From positions 1 through 35,529 of the IMG/VR virus record IMGVR_UViG_3300011435_000032: a stretch of 35,529 bases of DNA; one strand, given 5' to 3'. Each line of letters opens with the position of its first letter. Within the stretch, counting starts at the first letter, position 1. A program made the position numbers and the translations under genes. Positions 9,401 through 17,308 of the stretch are shown piece by piece. A model generated the notes under the pieces. It worked only from the letters and a program-made list of their open reading frames with translations, was not told the origin of the DNA and searched no databases. The stretch comes from a virus (lineage: Duplodnaviria > Caudoviricetes).

Positions 9401-11537
9401 CAGCACCTTGGCGCGAGACGTCGAGATACATCTTGGCGAGAGCGTCGTCGACCTTGTTGATATCTTCAGCGGCTTTCCGCGCGAATTCGGATTGTTTCCG
9501 CCATTCGTCTTGCGTGACTTTTGAAATACTCCCGACGTCGGCGATGATGCCCGACGTGATCGCCGCCATCGCCCCCCGGAATTCCGCTTGGCCTTTCGCG
9601 AGTTCCGACTTGATCTGATCCGGCGTCTTCTTCGTGGTGTCGGCGACGATGGCGGCTTGCTGTGCTGTCCAGATCTCTTGCGTCAACTTCGCCGACTCTT
9701 GCAGCGCCGTCATGTGCGCCATGAGCGATTCGATCTGCGTTTCGGCCGACGTGTCGAAGACCATGCGCAGTTTGAAACTCGCGTCAGCGACGGATTGGAT
9801 CGCTTCAAACTCCGTCTTCAGGGCTTGCAGTTGCGCAACCTGCTCCTGAAGTTGCTGCACGGACGGCCCTGGTGCCTTTTTTCCGGTCGACGCCTTGTCG
9901 GATTCAGCACTGACTTCTTTGATAACGGTGCCGAGTCCCATGTAGCGGTCGACGAGCGCATTGGTGCTCGCGACGGATTCTTGGAAGCGCACCGTCTGCC
10001 GCTTCGCGGCGGCATCCGCGTCGGAGAATCCCTTCGTAATCGAGGCCCACGCGCCGCTGAAATCGCCCTGCGCCAACTTCATCATCGCTTGCGCGATGCC
10101 GCCGATCGACGACATGAGAGCGGTAATAGGGATCATGACGAAGTTGATCCCCATCTCGAAGCCTTTGAACGCGAGCATGGCGGCAGCGCCGATCATCTTC
10201 AGCAACGGCAGGAGCGGTTCGAGAGCTTCCCACAGCGACACGAACACGCTCGACACGCCATCGATGATCGACTGCAACTCTGGCCCGTCTTCGATGACTT
10301 TCCTCATCCCAACGATCAGGTCCGTCATCTTGTTCGTGGCGATCGTCAGGGCGGGCGCAAACGCGGACCCAATGGCATCGATCACGCCACCTGTTGCGTT
10401 TGCGAGGAACGTCTGCGCCATGCCGAGTTCGCGCGCGCGTTGCGCCATCTCCTCCGTCCACGGGCTGAGATCGGCGACGCGTTCTTTCAACTCTTCGAGC
10501 GACATGGCTCCGTCGCGCACGAGTTCCGCGAACTGGCGACCGAAGCGCGCGCCAAACAACTCGATCAACGCCGACGTCTTCTCCGACTGCGATCCAAGAT
10601 CTTGAATCCCTTCGATCGCGCGTTGGAATAGCTCGCCTTCGCCGAGCGTTTGAATGTCCTGCACGGAGATGCCAAGTTTTTGCAGGGCCGCGCCACCCGA
10701 CTCGACGTCGGCGGAAATCTTGAAGATCGCCATGGATAGCGTTTCGGTGCTGATCCCAACCGCTTCCATCGCGTCGGCCAGGTCGTCCGCGTCGCCGGCC
10801 GCGAGCCCAGAGACGGCGCTGAATTGCTTGATCGACTGGAATGAAGACGTCAGATGTGACGTGGCCCCAATCAACGCCCCGGTCAACGCGGCGAACGCCA
10901 CCACGCCGGTTCCGAGCGTGATTGCCAGGGCACCCGCGTCACTCGTGGCGAGTTGGGCGATTTCTTTGAACGCATTCAAACCGATCTGCAATGACCCGAT
11001 CTGCACACCGGCTTGGTCCGCGAGCCCAGACAGTTTCGAGAGCGACGATCCGAGGACGCTGGCCCCGGCTCCCGCCGCGACGGTGCCTTTGGTCAGGTCC
11101 GCGAGCTTGGCGTTCATCGCGGCCTGCGCGCGGGCGACGTCTTCCGATGTCGAGAACGAGGACGTGCGAATCGTCTCGAATGCGGCCTTGATCGAGGCGG
11201 CTTGCCGATCAGCGTCGAATTGCTTCAACCCCTTCGACATATCGAGACCGAGCGTCGAGAACGCGCCCTTCGTCGTCGCGACGGCGGTATCGATATCAGC
11301 GAACGTCGGCTTGATCGTCCCGAGGTCCGAGCCGAGCTTGCGTGCATCTGCGCCGGCTTTACTGACAGCCGGGCCAACCTGCCCGAACGATGCGGCGAGG
11401 GACGCCGCCGATCGCCCGGAATATTCCATCGCTTGTGGGAGGGCCTTGCCGAATTGATCGACAAGGCCCCCCACTTGCGCCCGCGCTTCGTCGGCCCCTG
11501 CAACTTCGAGTCGAATGCCGACGCGTTCTTCAGGCAT
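3492..11537 (-). CDS. Tail tape measure protein (2681 aa)
   Basis: Very long Ala/Gly/Leu-rich helical ORF after the tail chaperone. Contains ALIELFG, Gly-rich hydrophobic segments (GALVGAGIGGGLGGLLGGLF) and C-terminal AxG...HxGERI motifs. Confidence 0.93.
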   Translation of the reverse strand: MPEERVGIRLEVAGADEARAQVGGLVDQFGKALPQAMEYSGRSAASLAASFGQVGPAVSKAGADARKLGSDLGTIKPTFADIDTAVATTKGAFSTLGLDMSKGLKQFDADRQAASIKAAFETIRTSSFSTSEDVARAQAAMNAKLADLTKGTVAAGAGASVLGSSLSKLSGLADQAGVQIGSLQIGLNAFKEIAQLATSDAGALAITLGTGVVAFAALTGALIGATSHLTSSFQSIKQFSAVSGLAAGDADDLADAMEAVGISTETLSMAIFKISADVESGGAALQKLGISVQDIQTLGEGELFQRAIEGIQDLGSQSEKTSALIELFGARFGRQFAELVRDGAMSLEELKERVADLSPWTEEMAQRARELGMAQTFLANATGGVIDAIGSAFAPALTIATNKMTDLIVGMRKVIEDGPELQSIIDGVSSVFVSLWEALEPLLPLLKMIGAAAMLAFKGFEMGINFVMIPITALMSSIGGIAQAMMKLAQGDFSGAWASITKGFSDADAAAKRQTVRFQESVASTNALVDRYMGLGTVIKEVSAESDKASTGKKAPGPSVQQLQEQVAQLQALKTEFEAIQSVADASFKLRMVFDTSAETQIESLMAHMTALQESAKLTQEIWTAQQAAIVADTTKKTPDQIKSELAKGQAEFRGAMAAITSGIIADVGSISKVTQDEWRKQSEFARKAAEDINKVDDALAKMYLDVSRQGAVLTQDLFSTGELDAALTKIERDFQATMAKISAGMGELSQPTELQLAAIEQATKNKLTSLELLWKNYGIKASADLAESFKGFTSAFDPMVDQLARKIRLLPDVIQASTESVNAFIRASLGIPVMERSIASLQATFGGTTEAVKRQEIAIRETGQTWEQLSAKTDEASKSAAKFVAEAAKVATIDAAWKQAGTAMRGLQEQFEAAELASTLTGEAFLRASLQVKLFGDAFDPLDPAMVNAVNRAMELQRALDRMIPANFQSNLDDIATKASLLGDNFDAMGAQVSAAQKNFEATWDAMKRGTASFEDVTAAANAWNAAIADQTLYKNIESAFLSITDTFTKMADGMIQGTLDIADAFANLGRSLLTNFVQLVLHQVFDPLLQAAASFATGFFKILMSGVSSAGDAFFKQGASQFANSVLGGLGGGVGGVGGGGLLGGSIIDWAMSIGQGIGNLPSTISAATSAWEAFNISLNVGASTWDSLSAGVSTFVDNLGAGVGVLGTTVAALGAMYSLYSGIMAFTEGRTNAGIGTLGGMAIGAGAGFLLGGGPFGALVGAGIGGGLGGLLGGLFDEDWDYIHKLRQQQRTNTALTAMSETSGRILNAPNLADLSSSFGQPIIGTGSSTAGILMRLAEESQSGNIKFDGDLTFTLPPDVAKNITTWLAGQGFTAQDFSSGRVGSVTEMIAATGPPGDIEGGIEAWQDLMLGLDALIRVLEGSEKAIDRITQKQATAVPGAMLGDREAMDFVATFNVAEQLKHDEFKAGDAIRAQLDAIASGVEGGIDAIAAAATKAFIKSPEALINIMDVTPFQQAGEEISETTERVGAALLRLGQQSRSLEAELNAMTKVDPVPAMREAQADIDRQLAVLASDLTESAWDPTVIAENFAQQEALIKQRYEMELATFQALVAQIQAGTESIANAGNVFAAHAAVAAASGVSLSGMTTTMLEFADSLPTVEARLTALSTATRLWQASIQESLRTGDMDAAITSSVELLGGYQAAFNDAMQIDDPTQRLAALSQIFDGLTGATEAAIAATNAYYGALADAAQKFLAIADSIGGAIGSAAQNTASVLDGLNKVGVNTSELVRGAIALVDQMPTAASKMKALAGASDLFAAGLGVASQDRGEQAGMNEATRELFATIKTTLDYANSLSDPTQRLEMVGSLTQEFGKAIAQIEQTIGKPFQDAIDKLDPEKNADQIAVLVAQQDAAIDAFLKSLGPLGQELAVALKESGGSAAKAVADAQTELKGIIGDSALTAENFLLANEAAQTAALNAIINGAGPLIKSVADAMIFAGKDIGGSIATAGTQLESVLGKVAEAENFVASSIASLATALGGVKAALDAHIIGLANITVTAVFAPAATGIDRLDGSSAGIPILAHPGERIFSARNTRILDRLGITNRALNRMPQAATGMDTIPDVYPGPGRDSVQVPRPGTTDTLGSGIGREADGTSRPDAGVGREVPRLERESISSPSYFSDNRSFADIYGATSFWAAMNSQNPGRTGGGTTTRPMTEEEIAAIDEKFKALVDTLVNASSVIARYSDLLADANVNLSGVSARLFRTSELIGTVDAKSRLLGAAMNILDVELRQTTDVMGTLASVAPSAGVAIKSLADLAIKSKDLTQLTTAFDAIAGAATSAQNSVSAAYDRQRAQAESNARSQQDALTDQLETLREIVRMTEDWERVADSLRDQIFDLLTSDLAPPDPYGQFAFAQSEFVSALASFRSGPTTEGAGRVQELARAMLDAATKVYTKPDPAYQLLFDETIRALESVQMTATARGASQEDLLAQIAALETRSQEINDATRIAVLQLDMNEAAARQAIVDFVAPDLARIVEAMTTAGNTAAVQAIDLKSVSVNTKNIATDINAIRRSMGAGYAAGIASMPRTTWALVHEGERIVPAEDNVPGYMIGPNGEGAAGDLALRTAGRVQTETVSGGGGNTFNITVVSNDPDRAWEVLRPRLDEYLRPGRRGSRITQGR
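4940..5170 (-). CDS. Candidate overprinted small hydrophobic protein inside the tape measure gene (alternative frame)
   Basis: MFTLVLAVIQCKCLGLALLTLLVLASVVRR... Over the first ~50 codons G/C-ending codons favour this frame, while the TMP frame shows many T-ending codons. SD is weak. Confidence 0.3.
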   Translation of the reverse strand: MFTLVLAVIQCKCLGLALLTLLVLASVVRRTGLLGPTPASVERCRVWSVNRSRPHHTSLTTAPLLTSTAQQVSGPP

Positions 11538-12033
11538 GCGGAGTGGCCTCCGGTGTTGCGCGGTCGTGCGTGACCGTATCGTTGCCGGAGAGTTCTTCCG
11601 GCGTCCCGAGTGTCGTCGGCACGTCGGACGTCACGAGCTTGGGTGCGTCTCCGATCACGCGCTTGCGAATGAATCCCTTCTTCGCTTGCCGTTCGAGGTA
11701 CGCACTGAGATTCGGATTGATCGCGACCGCGTGCTGCGGAATTGCCGCTTCCGTGATCTCGAACAAGGGAAGATCGCGACGGGCGCGCTCGGTGTACGCT
11801 CGCAGGCTTGGCAACTTGCCATCCTTGATGACCTTGCCCGCCGTCGCGATAATCTCCCTCGTCGCCCACGCGACCGCATCAACGAAGCGATGATGCCGCT
11901 TCTTCGCGCCGTCGAGGAACAGTTCAAACGTTGCCGGTGAGAACTGTTCGAAGATCGCGTGAGTCATCGTCTCACTCAGTTCATACGCGAGTGGTTCCGA
12001 TGTCTTCAGCCATTGTTCAACGTCTGTGAAGCC
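11530..12033 (-). CDS. Tail assembly chaperone frameshift extension (gpT-like)
   Basis: The -1 frame is open from the slippery site: GFTDVEQWLKTSEPLAYELSETMTHAIFEQFSPATFELF..., a gpT-like W...F..xP pattern. It lies between the chaperone and the tape measure. Confidence 0.7.
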   Translation of the reverse strand, partial: GFTDVEQWLKTSEPLAYELSETMTHAIFEQFSPATFELFLDGAKKRHHRFVDAVAWATREIIATAGKVIKDGKLPSLRAYTERARRDLPLFEITEAAIPQHAVAINPNLSAYLERQAKKGFIRKRVIGDAPKLVTSDVPTTLGTPEELSGNDTVTHDRATPEATPHA

Positions 12034-12398
12034 GGGGGGCGCGCACCCTCCCGCTTGCGGAGGATCTTGGCCTCCTGCAATCCCTCAACGAGCAACTGCA
12101 TCAAGTCGCCCGGCGTCTTCCCGTCGCGCACCAAGAAGTAGTCGTTGTACCACTCCTCGACTTTCTCCGCGCGAATGTTGGCATCGTCGCCGCGCTGCAA
12201 GCCGATCTGAAGGAGCACCATCATCGTGAGATGATCCGACTCCCACAGCGACTCGAACAACTTCTGCGACGTGACGCGCTCGTGCACGCCCATGTTCGCC
12301 TGAAGACGCGTGAGAATGTTCTGTGCGTTGCCGAGATCCTGTGCTGAAAACAGGATCTTGCGGGTGCGGTCCAGTTCGATGATCGTCGGCGTCGGCAT
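12006..12398 (-). CDS. Tail assembly chaperone (gpG-like)
   Basis: Start MPTPTIIELD at 12398 with GGGGAG SD; canonical position between tail tube and tape measure. Confidence 0.8.
   Translation of the reverse strand: MPTPTIIELDRTRKILFSAQDLGNAQNILTRLQANMGVHERVTSQKLFESLWESDHLTMMVLLQIGLQRGDDANIRAEKVEEWYNDYFLVRDGKTPGDLMQLLVEGLQEAKILRKREGARPPASQTLNNG
12033..12039 (-). other. Putative -1 programmed ribosomal frameshift heptamer C-CCC-CCG
   Basis: Fits X-XXY-YYZ in the chaperone frame, and a -1 shift joins the chaperone to the 11530 ORF. Confidence 0.6.
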
Positions 12399-12425
12399 GT
12401 GTCGCTCTCCCCGTTGTAAGTGTGC

Positions 12426-12506
12426 GGCTCGGCGGGCGGGCCGAGCCAACGCGATCGATGTGCGCATTCCGCCCGCCCACGGAATGCGTGCGGGGCCATG
12501 CCCCGC
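12426..12506 (-). other. Three tandem GC-rich hairpins downstream of the tail tube gene
   Basis: Inverted repeats at 12426-12447, 12463-12488 (cgcattccg/cggaatgcg) and 12490-12506. No U-tract. Confidence 0.5.
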
Positions 12507-12512
12507 TCAGGG

Positions 12513-12938
12513 CTAGAAGTCGCCAGCGGGCGGCTCGGAGAACACGATCTCCAGGTCGACCTTGGCGTAGTCGTCCACGGGCCAGTGCTCGCCGAAGTTC
12601 GACAACTGGCCGATGATGTCGTACTGCGTGAGCCCGACGTCGGGCAGGATCATCTGCCAGTTCTTGAACGTGCCGAGCTTCCAGTCCGACCGCATCGCCG
12701 CATGCGTGGGGTCGGCTGGATCGTAGAAGATCGAGAACCGCAGCGAGCCCGCGTCGGCGAGACCTGCGGCCTTCTGCTTGAAGCGGCCGGGCGTGCTGTG
12801 CGACGTGACGTCCTTGATGTCCGACTGCCCACCAGGACCGTCGATCGACAGCACGCGCGGGATCAGGGTGAAGACTTCCGGCGCTCCACCGTCACCGCGC
12901 TTCAGTTGGACTCCCTTTGCAAAAACCAGTTCGGCCAT
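12513..12938 (-). CDS. Major tail tube protein (lambda gpV/TTP-like)
   Basis: 141 aa; SIDGPGG.SDIKDVTSH...GLADAGSLRF.IFYDP is a typical siphovirus tube pattern; GGAGGGAG SD. Confidence 0.88.
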   Translation of the reverse strand: MAELVFAKGVQLKRGDGGAPEVFTLIPRVLSIDGPGGQSDIKDVTSHSTPGRFKQKAAGLADAGSLRFSIFYDPADPTHAAMRSDWKLGTFKNWQMILPDVGLTQYDIIGQLSNFGEHWPVDDYAKVDLEIVFSEPPAGDF

Positions 12939-12965
12939 GATTCGCTCCCTCCCCGCGCGCTCGGA

Positions 12966-13472
12966 CTACGCGCTTGTCCCGATGACGATGATCTTGTACG
13001 TCACGCTCGTGCCGGCCGCGCTGTTCGTGACCGTGAGGAGATCGCCTGTGCCTGCGGCGACCGCCTTTCCATTGCCGGTCGGTGCGACCCACAGGAACGT
13101 CTGCCCCGGCCCGAGGGCAATGCCATCACCCGCTGCCATGAACAGCGCAAGACCGTTCGCCGCAGGACGTGTCACCTGCACGTCGTTCGTGTTGCCGGGG
13201 ACGGCTTGAACGTAAACCGCCTTGATCTTCACCATTGCCAGCACGTCACCGAACACGCCCGCCAGCACTGCGTTCAGGTCGAGATCTTCGGTCGCGGAGG
13301 GCGCGAGCGTGCGCTGCGCCGAGTACACCTTATCGGCCTGTCCCGACCCGGTGCCGCTCGCGATCGTCCACGAGGCCGAGCCCTTGTGCTCAGCCTGTCC
13401 CGCTGCGAGCGCGTTCGCGGTGTTCGTCTCCTTCACTGTCACATTCAGACTGATCGATCCCGTCACCGCCAT
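12966..13472 (-). CDS. Beta-rich virion structural protein
   Basis: 168 aa, Ala/Thr/Gly-rich, GGAGG SD, between the tail terminator and the tube gene. Confidence 0.65.
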   Translation of the reverse strand: MAVTGSISLNVTVKETNTANALAAGQAEHKGSASWTIASGTGSGQADKVYSAQRTLAPSATEDLDLNAVLAGVFGDVLAMVKIKAVYVQAVPGNTNDVQVTRPAANGLALFMAAGDGIALGPGQTFLWVAPTGNGKAVAAGTGDLLTVTNSAAGTSVTYKIIVIGTSA

Positions 13473-13527
13473 GGTTCATCCTCCCTACGAAAGTTGTATG
13501 TGCTGCCGGTCGCTCCTCGCGCGCACA

Positions 13528-14064
13528 TCATTCGTCGTGTTTGACGAGCAGTCGGAGCGTCGCGTCCTTGCGAAATTGCCGCGCCCCGGTCGCGCTCGTG
13601 CGTGTATAGACCGGCGAGTAGTCGAACGCTTGGACTTGGACAATCACTTGCCCACCCGATCGCGTGCGCAGTCGCCGCATATTGCGAGCCGCTTGTGGCC
13701 CGCCCTCGGTGAGAACGTTGTACAGCCCTAGCGCATAGCGCCACGCTTTCCGCGTGAGCACCTGCGCGTCGATCCCTTCGACCAATGCGGTGCACAACAT
13801 CCGGTGCACCTGCACGAACGGCTCGCGCACTTGCAGATTGATTTCGGACTCAGGTGCCGTCAGAAAGATCGCCGGGCATTGAATCGGTTCGATGTATTCC
13901 GAGATGAAGACGTTGCCCGGATTCACGCGCGGCAGATCGATCAGCGTGTAGACCGGATCGAGTTGCTGGTAGTGCTCATAAATCCGTTCGAGTTCACCGT
14001 TGATCTCCGTCTCGATCACGCTTGCGATCGTCTGAATCGCGCCCTCGATCATTTCAAGGATCAT
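13528..14064 (-). CDS. Tail terminator/completion protein
   Basis: Start MILEMIEG at 14064 (ATGA overlap); CPAIFL motif; position. Confidence 0.6.
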   Translation of the reverse strand: MILEMIEGAIQTIASVIETEINGELERIYEHYQQLDPVYTLIDLPRVNPGNVFISEYIEPIQCPAIFLTAPESEINLQVREPFVQVHRMLCTALVEGIDAQVLTRKAWRYALGLYNVLTEGGPQAARNMRRLRTRSGGQVIVQVQAFDYSPVYTRTSATGARQFRKDATLRLLVKHDE

Positions 14065-14531
14065 CGCAGCACCCGTCCACGACTCAGCAAGTACGCCAGC
14101 GTCGCATCCGCGAGCATCGTGCCTTCCGCTTGTGTGAACGGCGGGACGACTACGCGAGCCGGAAGATTGCGAGCCGGGTCCCCCACTTGATGCGCGCGCG
14201 CATACGGCACCGTCGTCCCAAACTCCATCGCGCGCGCCGAGATCTTCACCACACTCCCTGCGCCGCGTGACGTGAGCGATCCATACAACGTGCCGCGCAT
14301 TCGCAGGATCGGCTGGCCCGGATAGTGCGCCGACTTCCACGCGGCATAGCGGGGCGACAGCGGAGCCCACGGCGTGCCCGCGTAGCCGCCTTCCGAATCG
14401 AAATGCCGTTGAATGAATTCGATGAAGATCTGATGAAAGACGTCACCCAACGGCCGCAAATCGCGCAACGCATCGGAGATCAGTTGCAGCCGTGCGCGCA
14501 CGCCGCTGTCCGAGACGGTCATGCGAATCAT
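14061..14531 (-). CDS. Virion morphogenesis/tail completion protein (Mu gpG / P2 gpS family)
   Basis: F.SEG...WAPLSPRY...ILRMRGTLYGSL...FGTTVPYARAHQVG...LPAR family signature; start at 14531 with GGAGG absent but ATGA coupling. Confidence 0.85.
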   Translation of the reverse strand: MIRMTVSDSGVRARLQLISDALRDLRPLGDVFHQIFIEFIQRHFDSEGGYAGTPWAPLSPRYAAWKSAHYPGQPILRMRGTLYGSLTSRGAGSVVKISARAMEFGTTVPYARAHQVGDPARNLPARVVVPPFTQAEGTMLADATLAYLLSRGRVLR

Positions 14532-15181
14532 CGGCGAGGTCCGATCGGCGGAATGTGCGGCTTGAAAACCGCCCACGCTGGAACCTTGTCCCGCCCTTGT
14601 CCCGCATAGTAGTCGTCGCGCATCTCGCGTGCGTTCTTGTACAGGTCATTCGCCATCTGACGAAACAAGTTCGAGCGGCCCAACATTTCGGAGTCGAGCG
14701 GCGCATCCTGCAAGATGAATCGATCGCTCATGCGCTGCACCCACCGCATCGCCTGTTTGTAGTACGCGAAGTAACCGCCGTAACTCAGGGCGGATTGATG
14801 CAGCCCGTTCGGCACGCTCGTCACCAGCATGGCGCTACTGAGTTGTCCAAGCCCAGCGGTCAGCGCGCTTGTTAGTTCCGAGTCGTCGAAGTAGCGAAAG
14901 TAATACGACGCGTGCAGACTCGCGGACGGAGGCGGGGGCGTCGCGAATGTCAAACGACCAAGCGCGGGCTCGACTGTGAGCCCAACCCCTTCGACGATCA
15001 GCGTATCGTTGACGATGACCGACACGCTACCAGGGATCAACCGATCCTCCCACGTGAAGAAAATCGTATTCACGCCGTTCGCGGGGCCGATGATCTGCTT
15101 CGACTTCACCGGGCGATCTGTTGGCCCGTCATTCAGGAATTGCCTGAGTTCAGTGAGCGCGGTCGGGAAGTCAGGCCACAT
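14528..15181 (-). CDS. Head-tail adaptor protein with inserted beta domain
   Basis: LTELRQFLND start, G.NG.N..F beta insert, YFDDSEL helical adaptor pattern; position downstream of the capsid gene. Confidence 0.65.
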   Translation of the reverse strand: MWPDFPTALTELRQFLNDGPTDRPVKSKQIIGPANGVNTIFFTWEDRLIPGSVSVIVNDTLIVEGVGLTVEPALGRLTFATPPPPSASLHASYYFRYFDDSELTSALTAGLGQLSSAMLVTSVPNGLHQSALSYGGYFAYYKQAMRWVQRMSDRFILQDAPLDSEMLGRSNLFRQMANDLYKNAREMRDDYYAGQGRDKVPAWAVFKPHIPPIGPRR

Positions 15182-15184
15182 GGT

Positions 15185-15523
15185 TCAGTGCGCGTTCACG
15201 TGTGCCTTGACCGTCGAGCCCGCCGCCGACGTGAGCTTCAGCCGCCAGTAGGGGCGCGCATCGTCAGCCACGTTGAACGACTTGAAGGCTCCCGACGCGA
15301 GCGTGGCGAAGGCCGCATTGTCGACGGTCTCCCAATCGGCGTCGACAGCGGAAGGGCTCACATGCGTGGCCTCGATCAACGCCGCCGTCAGCGCATTCGC
15401 GCCCGTGTTCTTCACGCCAAACGACTTCGTGCGGAAGTGCGACAGATCCCACGTCGCGACGACTTTCGCGACGCCCGCCGCAAGGGTCGTGGCATCCGAC
15501 GTCGACTTGAAATAATCGGTCAT
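15185..15523 (-). CDS. Small beta-sandwich structural protein
   Basis: Start MTDYFKS at 15523 (GGAG SD, ATGA overlap); DWETV...PYWRLKLT. Confidence 0.6.
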   Translation of the reverse strand: MTDYFKSTSDATTLAAGVAKVVATWDLSHFRTKSFGVKNTGANALTAALIEATHVSPSAVDADWETVDNAAFATLASGAFKSFNVADDARPYWRLKLTSAAGSTVKAHVNAH

Positions 15524-15918
15524 GTGGTCACCCACTCCTTCAAGTTGTCGATCGTCAACTGCCATCCCGGTTGCACGACGCCGTACTTCAAGCGATGCGT
15601 CTGCGCAAACTCCGCGCGCGCGTCGAGTTCGTCTTGCGACGGCGCACGCGACGGGAAGATATCGAGCAGCGCGCGGCGGTGTGGAGCCCAGATCGACCAC
15701 ACGAGCACCCGGCCATCCGGCCCGAAGACCGGCCCGAGCGCGCCCCCTCCGACCACGGGAAGCACCGTGATAAATCGAAAATAGGGCGACCCCAATACCT
15801 CACGCATCGCACGTTCTTTTCGAATTTTGGAGAGCAGCCGCGCATGCACAGGGCTATCCGATACAGGGGTGTCGTCCTCGTATCGTGTCGGCAACTGCCC
15901 GATCTGGCCCGTGAACAC
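15520..15918 (-). CDS. Hypothetical protein
   Basis: 132 aa, GTG start with AGGAGG SD, coupled to the next gene. Confidence 0.65.
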   Translation of the reverse strand: MFTGQIGQLPTRYEDDTPVSDSPVHARLLSKIRKERAMREVLGSPYFRFITVLPVVGGGALGPVFGPDGRVLVWSIWAPHRRALLDIFPSRAPSQDELDARAEFAQTHRLKYGVVQPGWQLTIDNLKEWVTT

Positions 15919-15942
15919 GTCGGCCCTCCTTTCTTCAGGACT

Positions 15943-15977
15943 GCGCGCGGCACCCGATGGTCTGGTATGCCGCGCGC
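15943..15977 (-). terminator. Stem-loop downstream of the major capsid gene
   Basis: 10-bp inverted repeat gcgcgcggca/tgccgcgcgc; no clear U-tract, so it may be a stabiliser or weak terminator. Confidence 0.4.
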
Positions 15978-15996
15978 CCTGTCATGCTCGGCGAGC

Positions 15997-17292
15997 CTAG
16001 AACGCGCCCGCCGTGGTGCCGTCGTTGCCGAGATACCAGAACCGCGAGCCGCCCGCGATCCACTCGGCCTCGAAGCGCCGACGCGATCGGAAGCGGTACG
16101 CATCCACTTCGAAGGACGACCCGGAGCCCGCAGCCTCCTGAATCACTTCCAGAGGATCGCGCTCCTGAAACAGAAAGCCCTTGCCACGCTCACCGAGCGC
16201 CCAGGCCCAATCCGGAAGGAACCGGGCGACGACGGGCTTGATGCCGAGACCGAGGAACGGATTCGCTCCGAACGCGCCACCGGGGAAGCCCGAGGCGGCG
16301 GTCGCAGCGGTCTGTGTGCTTGCGCCGATCGGCGCGGGGTAGTACGGCACCCCAGCCGGGGGCGCGACGAGGAGCGGAGCGTGCAGCGCGTCCATCGCGG
16401 ACACGAGCAGCGTATCCGGTCGGACGATGATCTTGTTGCCGAGTGGATCTTTCGCGTTCAGCAGCGCCGACCATGCGGCCTTCAGCGCGTTCAGACCGAG
16501 CGCCACATATGCAGCGGGACGATTGCCCACGGCACCGAACAGCGTCGTGCTGAACGGACCCGTGATCGTCGCACCGAGTGGGTTGGTGGTGGTGTAGCCC
16601 GAGGCGGGCACCGAGAGGTTGGCATACACGCCCGCTGCGCCGATGAACCGGATCGCGGCGTATGCGTTCTCCGTGATGCCCATGCTGGACCCGAGCGCCG
16701 ACGTGCGATTGCGGATCTGTCCCGTCTGATCGTCGTCGAACAGTTCACGTTCGAACGACTCGATCATTCCGAACTTGTAGTTCACCACCACCGAATCCTC
16801 GCCCACGACCTTGCCCTCGGGGAAGCGATCCCCACGGGCGACACGCGCGGCGACGGTGGAGCCGTACAACGGCGCGTACCACTCGGCCATGTTCGAGCTA
16901 TTGCCGACGAGGCAATAGTCCTTCCACTCGCGCTCGACGGTGTTGTACCAGTCGTTCGCGAGCGTCTGTACACCCTTGCGGAGCAGGAATGCGAATGCGG
17001 ACTCGGGTTGCGACTCCCGCATCCTCAGAAGCCGCACGCTCTTGCGTGCGCTCTCGAACCATCGCTTCGCGGAGAAGTTCGGCCGCGACCATACGCCGCA
17101 CGCCTCGATCGCGAGGTCGCAGACTTCGCGGCCGTACCAGTCGCGCTCCGACTCCGAGATGTAGGTGAATCCGCGCGCACTCGCCGGATCGCCCGGTACG
17201 ACGGGCGTGGCGAGTCCGAATGTCTGTCGCAGCTTCGCCGTGTGCGACTCGATCACGGCCACCGCCTGTTCGATCGTGATTTCCTGTGGCAT
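15997..17292 (-). CDS. Major capsid protein (Mu gpT-like, HK97 fold)
   Basis: VVNYKFGMIESFERELFDDDQTGQI and KDPLGNKIIVRPDTLLV are Mu gpT-like motifs; follows the protease and decoration genes. ATG 17292 preferred over GTG 17304 on SD spacing. Confidence 0.9.
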   Translation of the reverse strand: MPQEITIEQAVAVIESHTAKLRQTFGLATPVVPGDPASARGFTYISESERDWYGREVCDLAIEACGVWSRPNFSAKRWFESARKSVRLLRMRESQPESAFAFLLRKGVQTLANDWYNTVEREWKDYCLVGNSSNMAEWYAPLYGSTVAARVARGDRFPEGKVVGEDSVVVNYKFGMIESFERELFDDDQTGQIRNRTSALGSSMGITENAYAAIRFIGAAGVYANLSVPASGYTTTNPLGATITGPFSTTLFGAVGNRPAAYVALGLNALKAAWSALLNAKDPLGNKIIVRPDTLLVSAMDALHAPLLVAPPAGVPYYPAPIGASTQTAATAASGFPGGAFGANPFLGLGIKPVVARFLPDWAWALGERGKGFLFQERDPLEVIQEAAGSGSSFEVDAYRFRSRRRFEAEWIAGGSRFWYLGNDGTTAGAF

Positions 17293-17308
17293 TGGTCTCA
17301 CCACCCCC

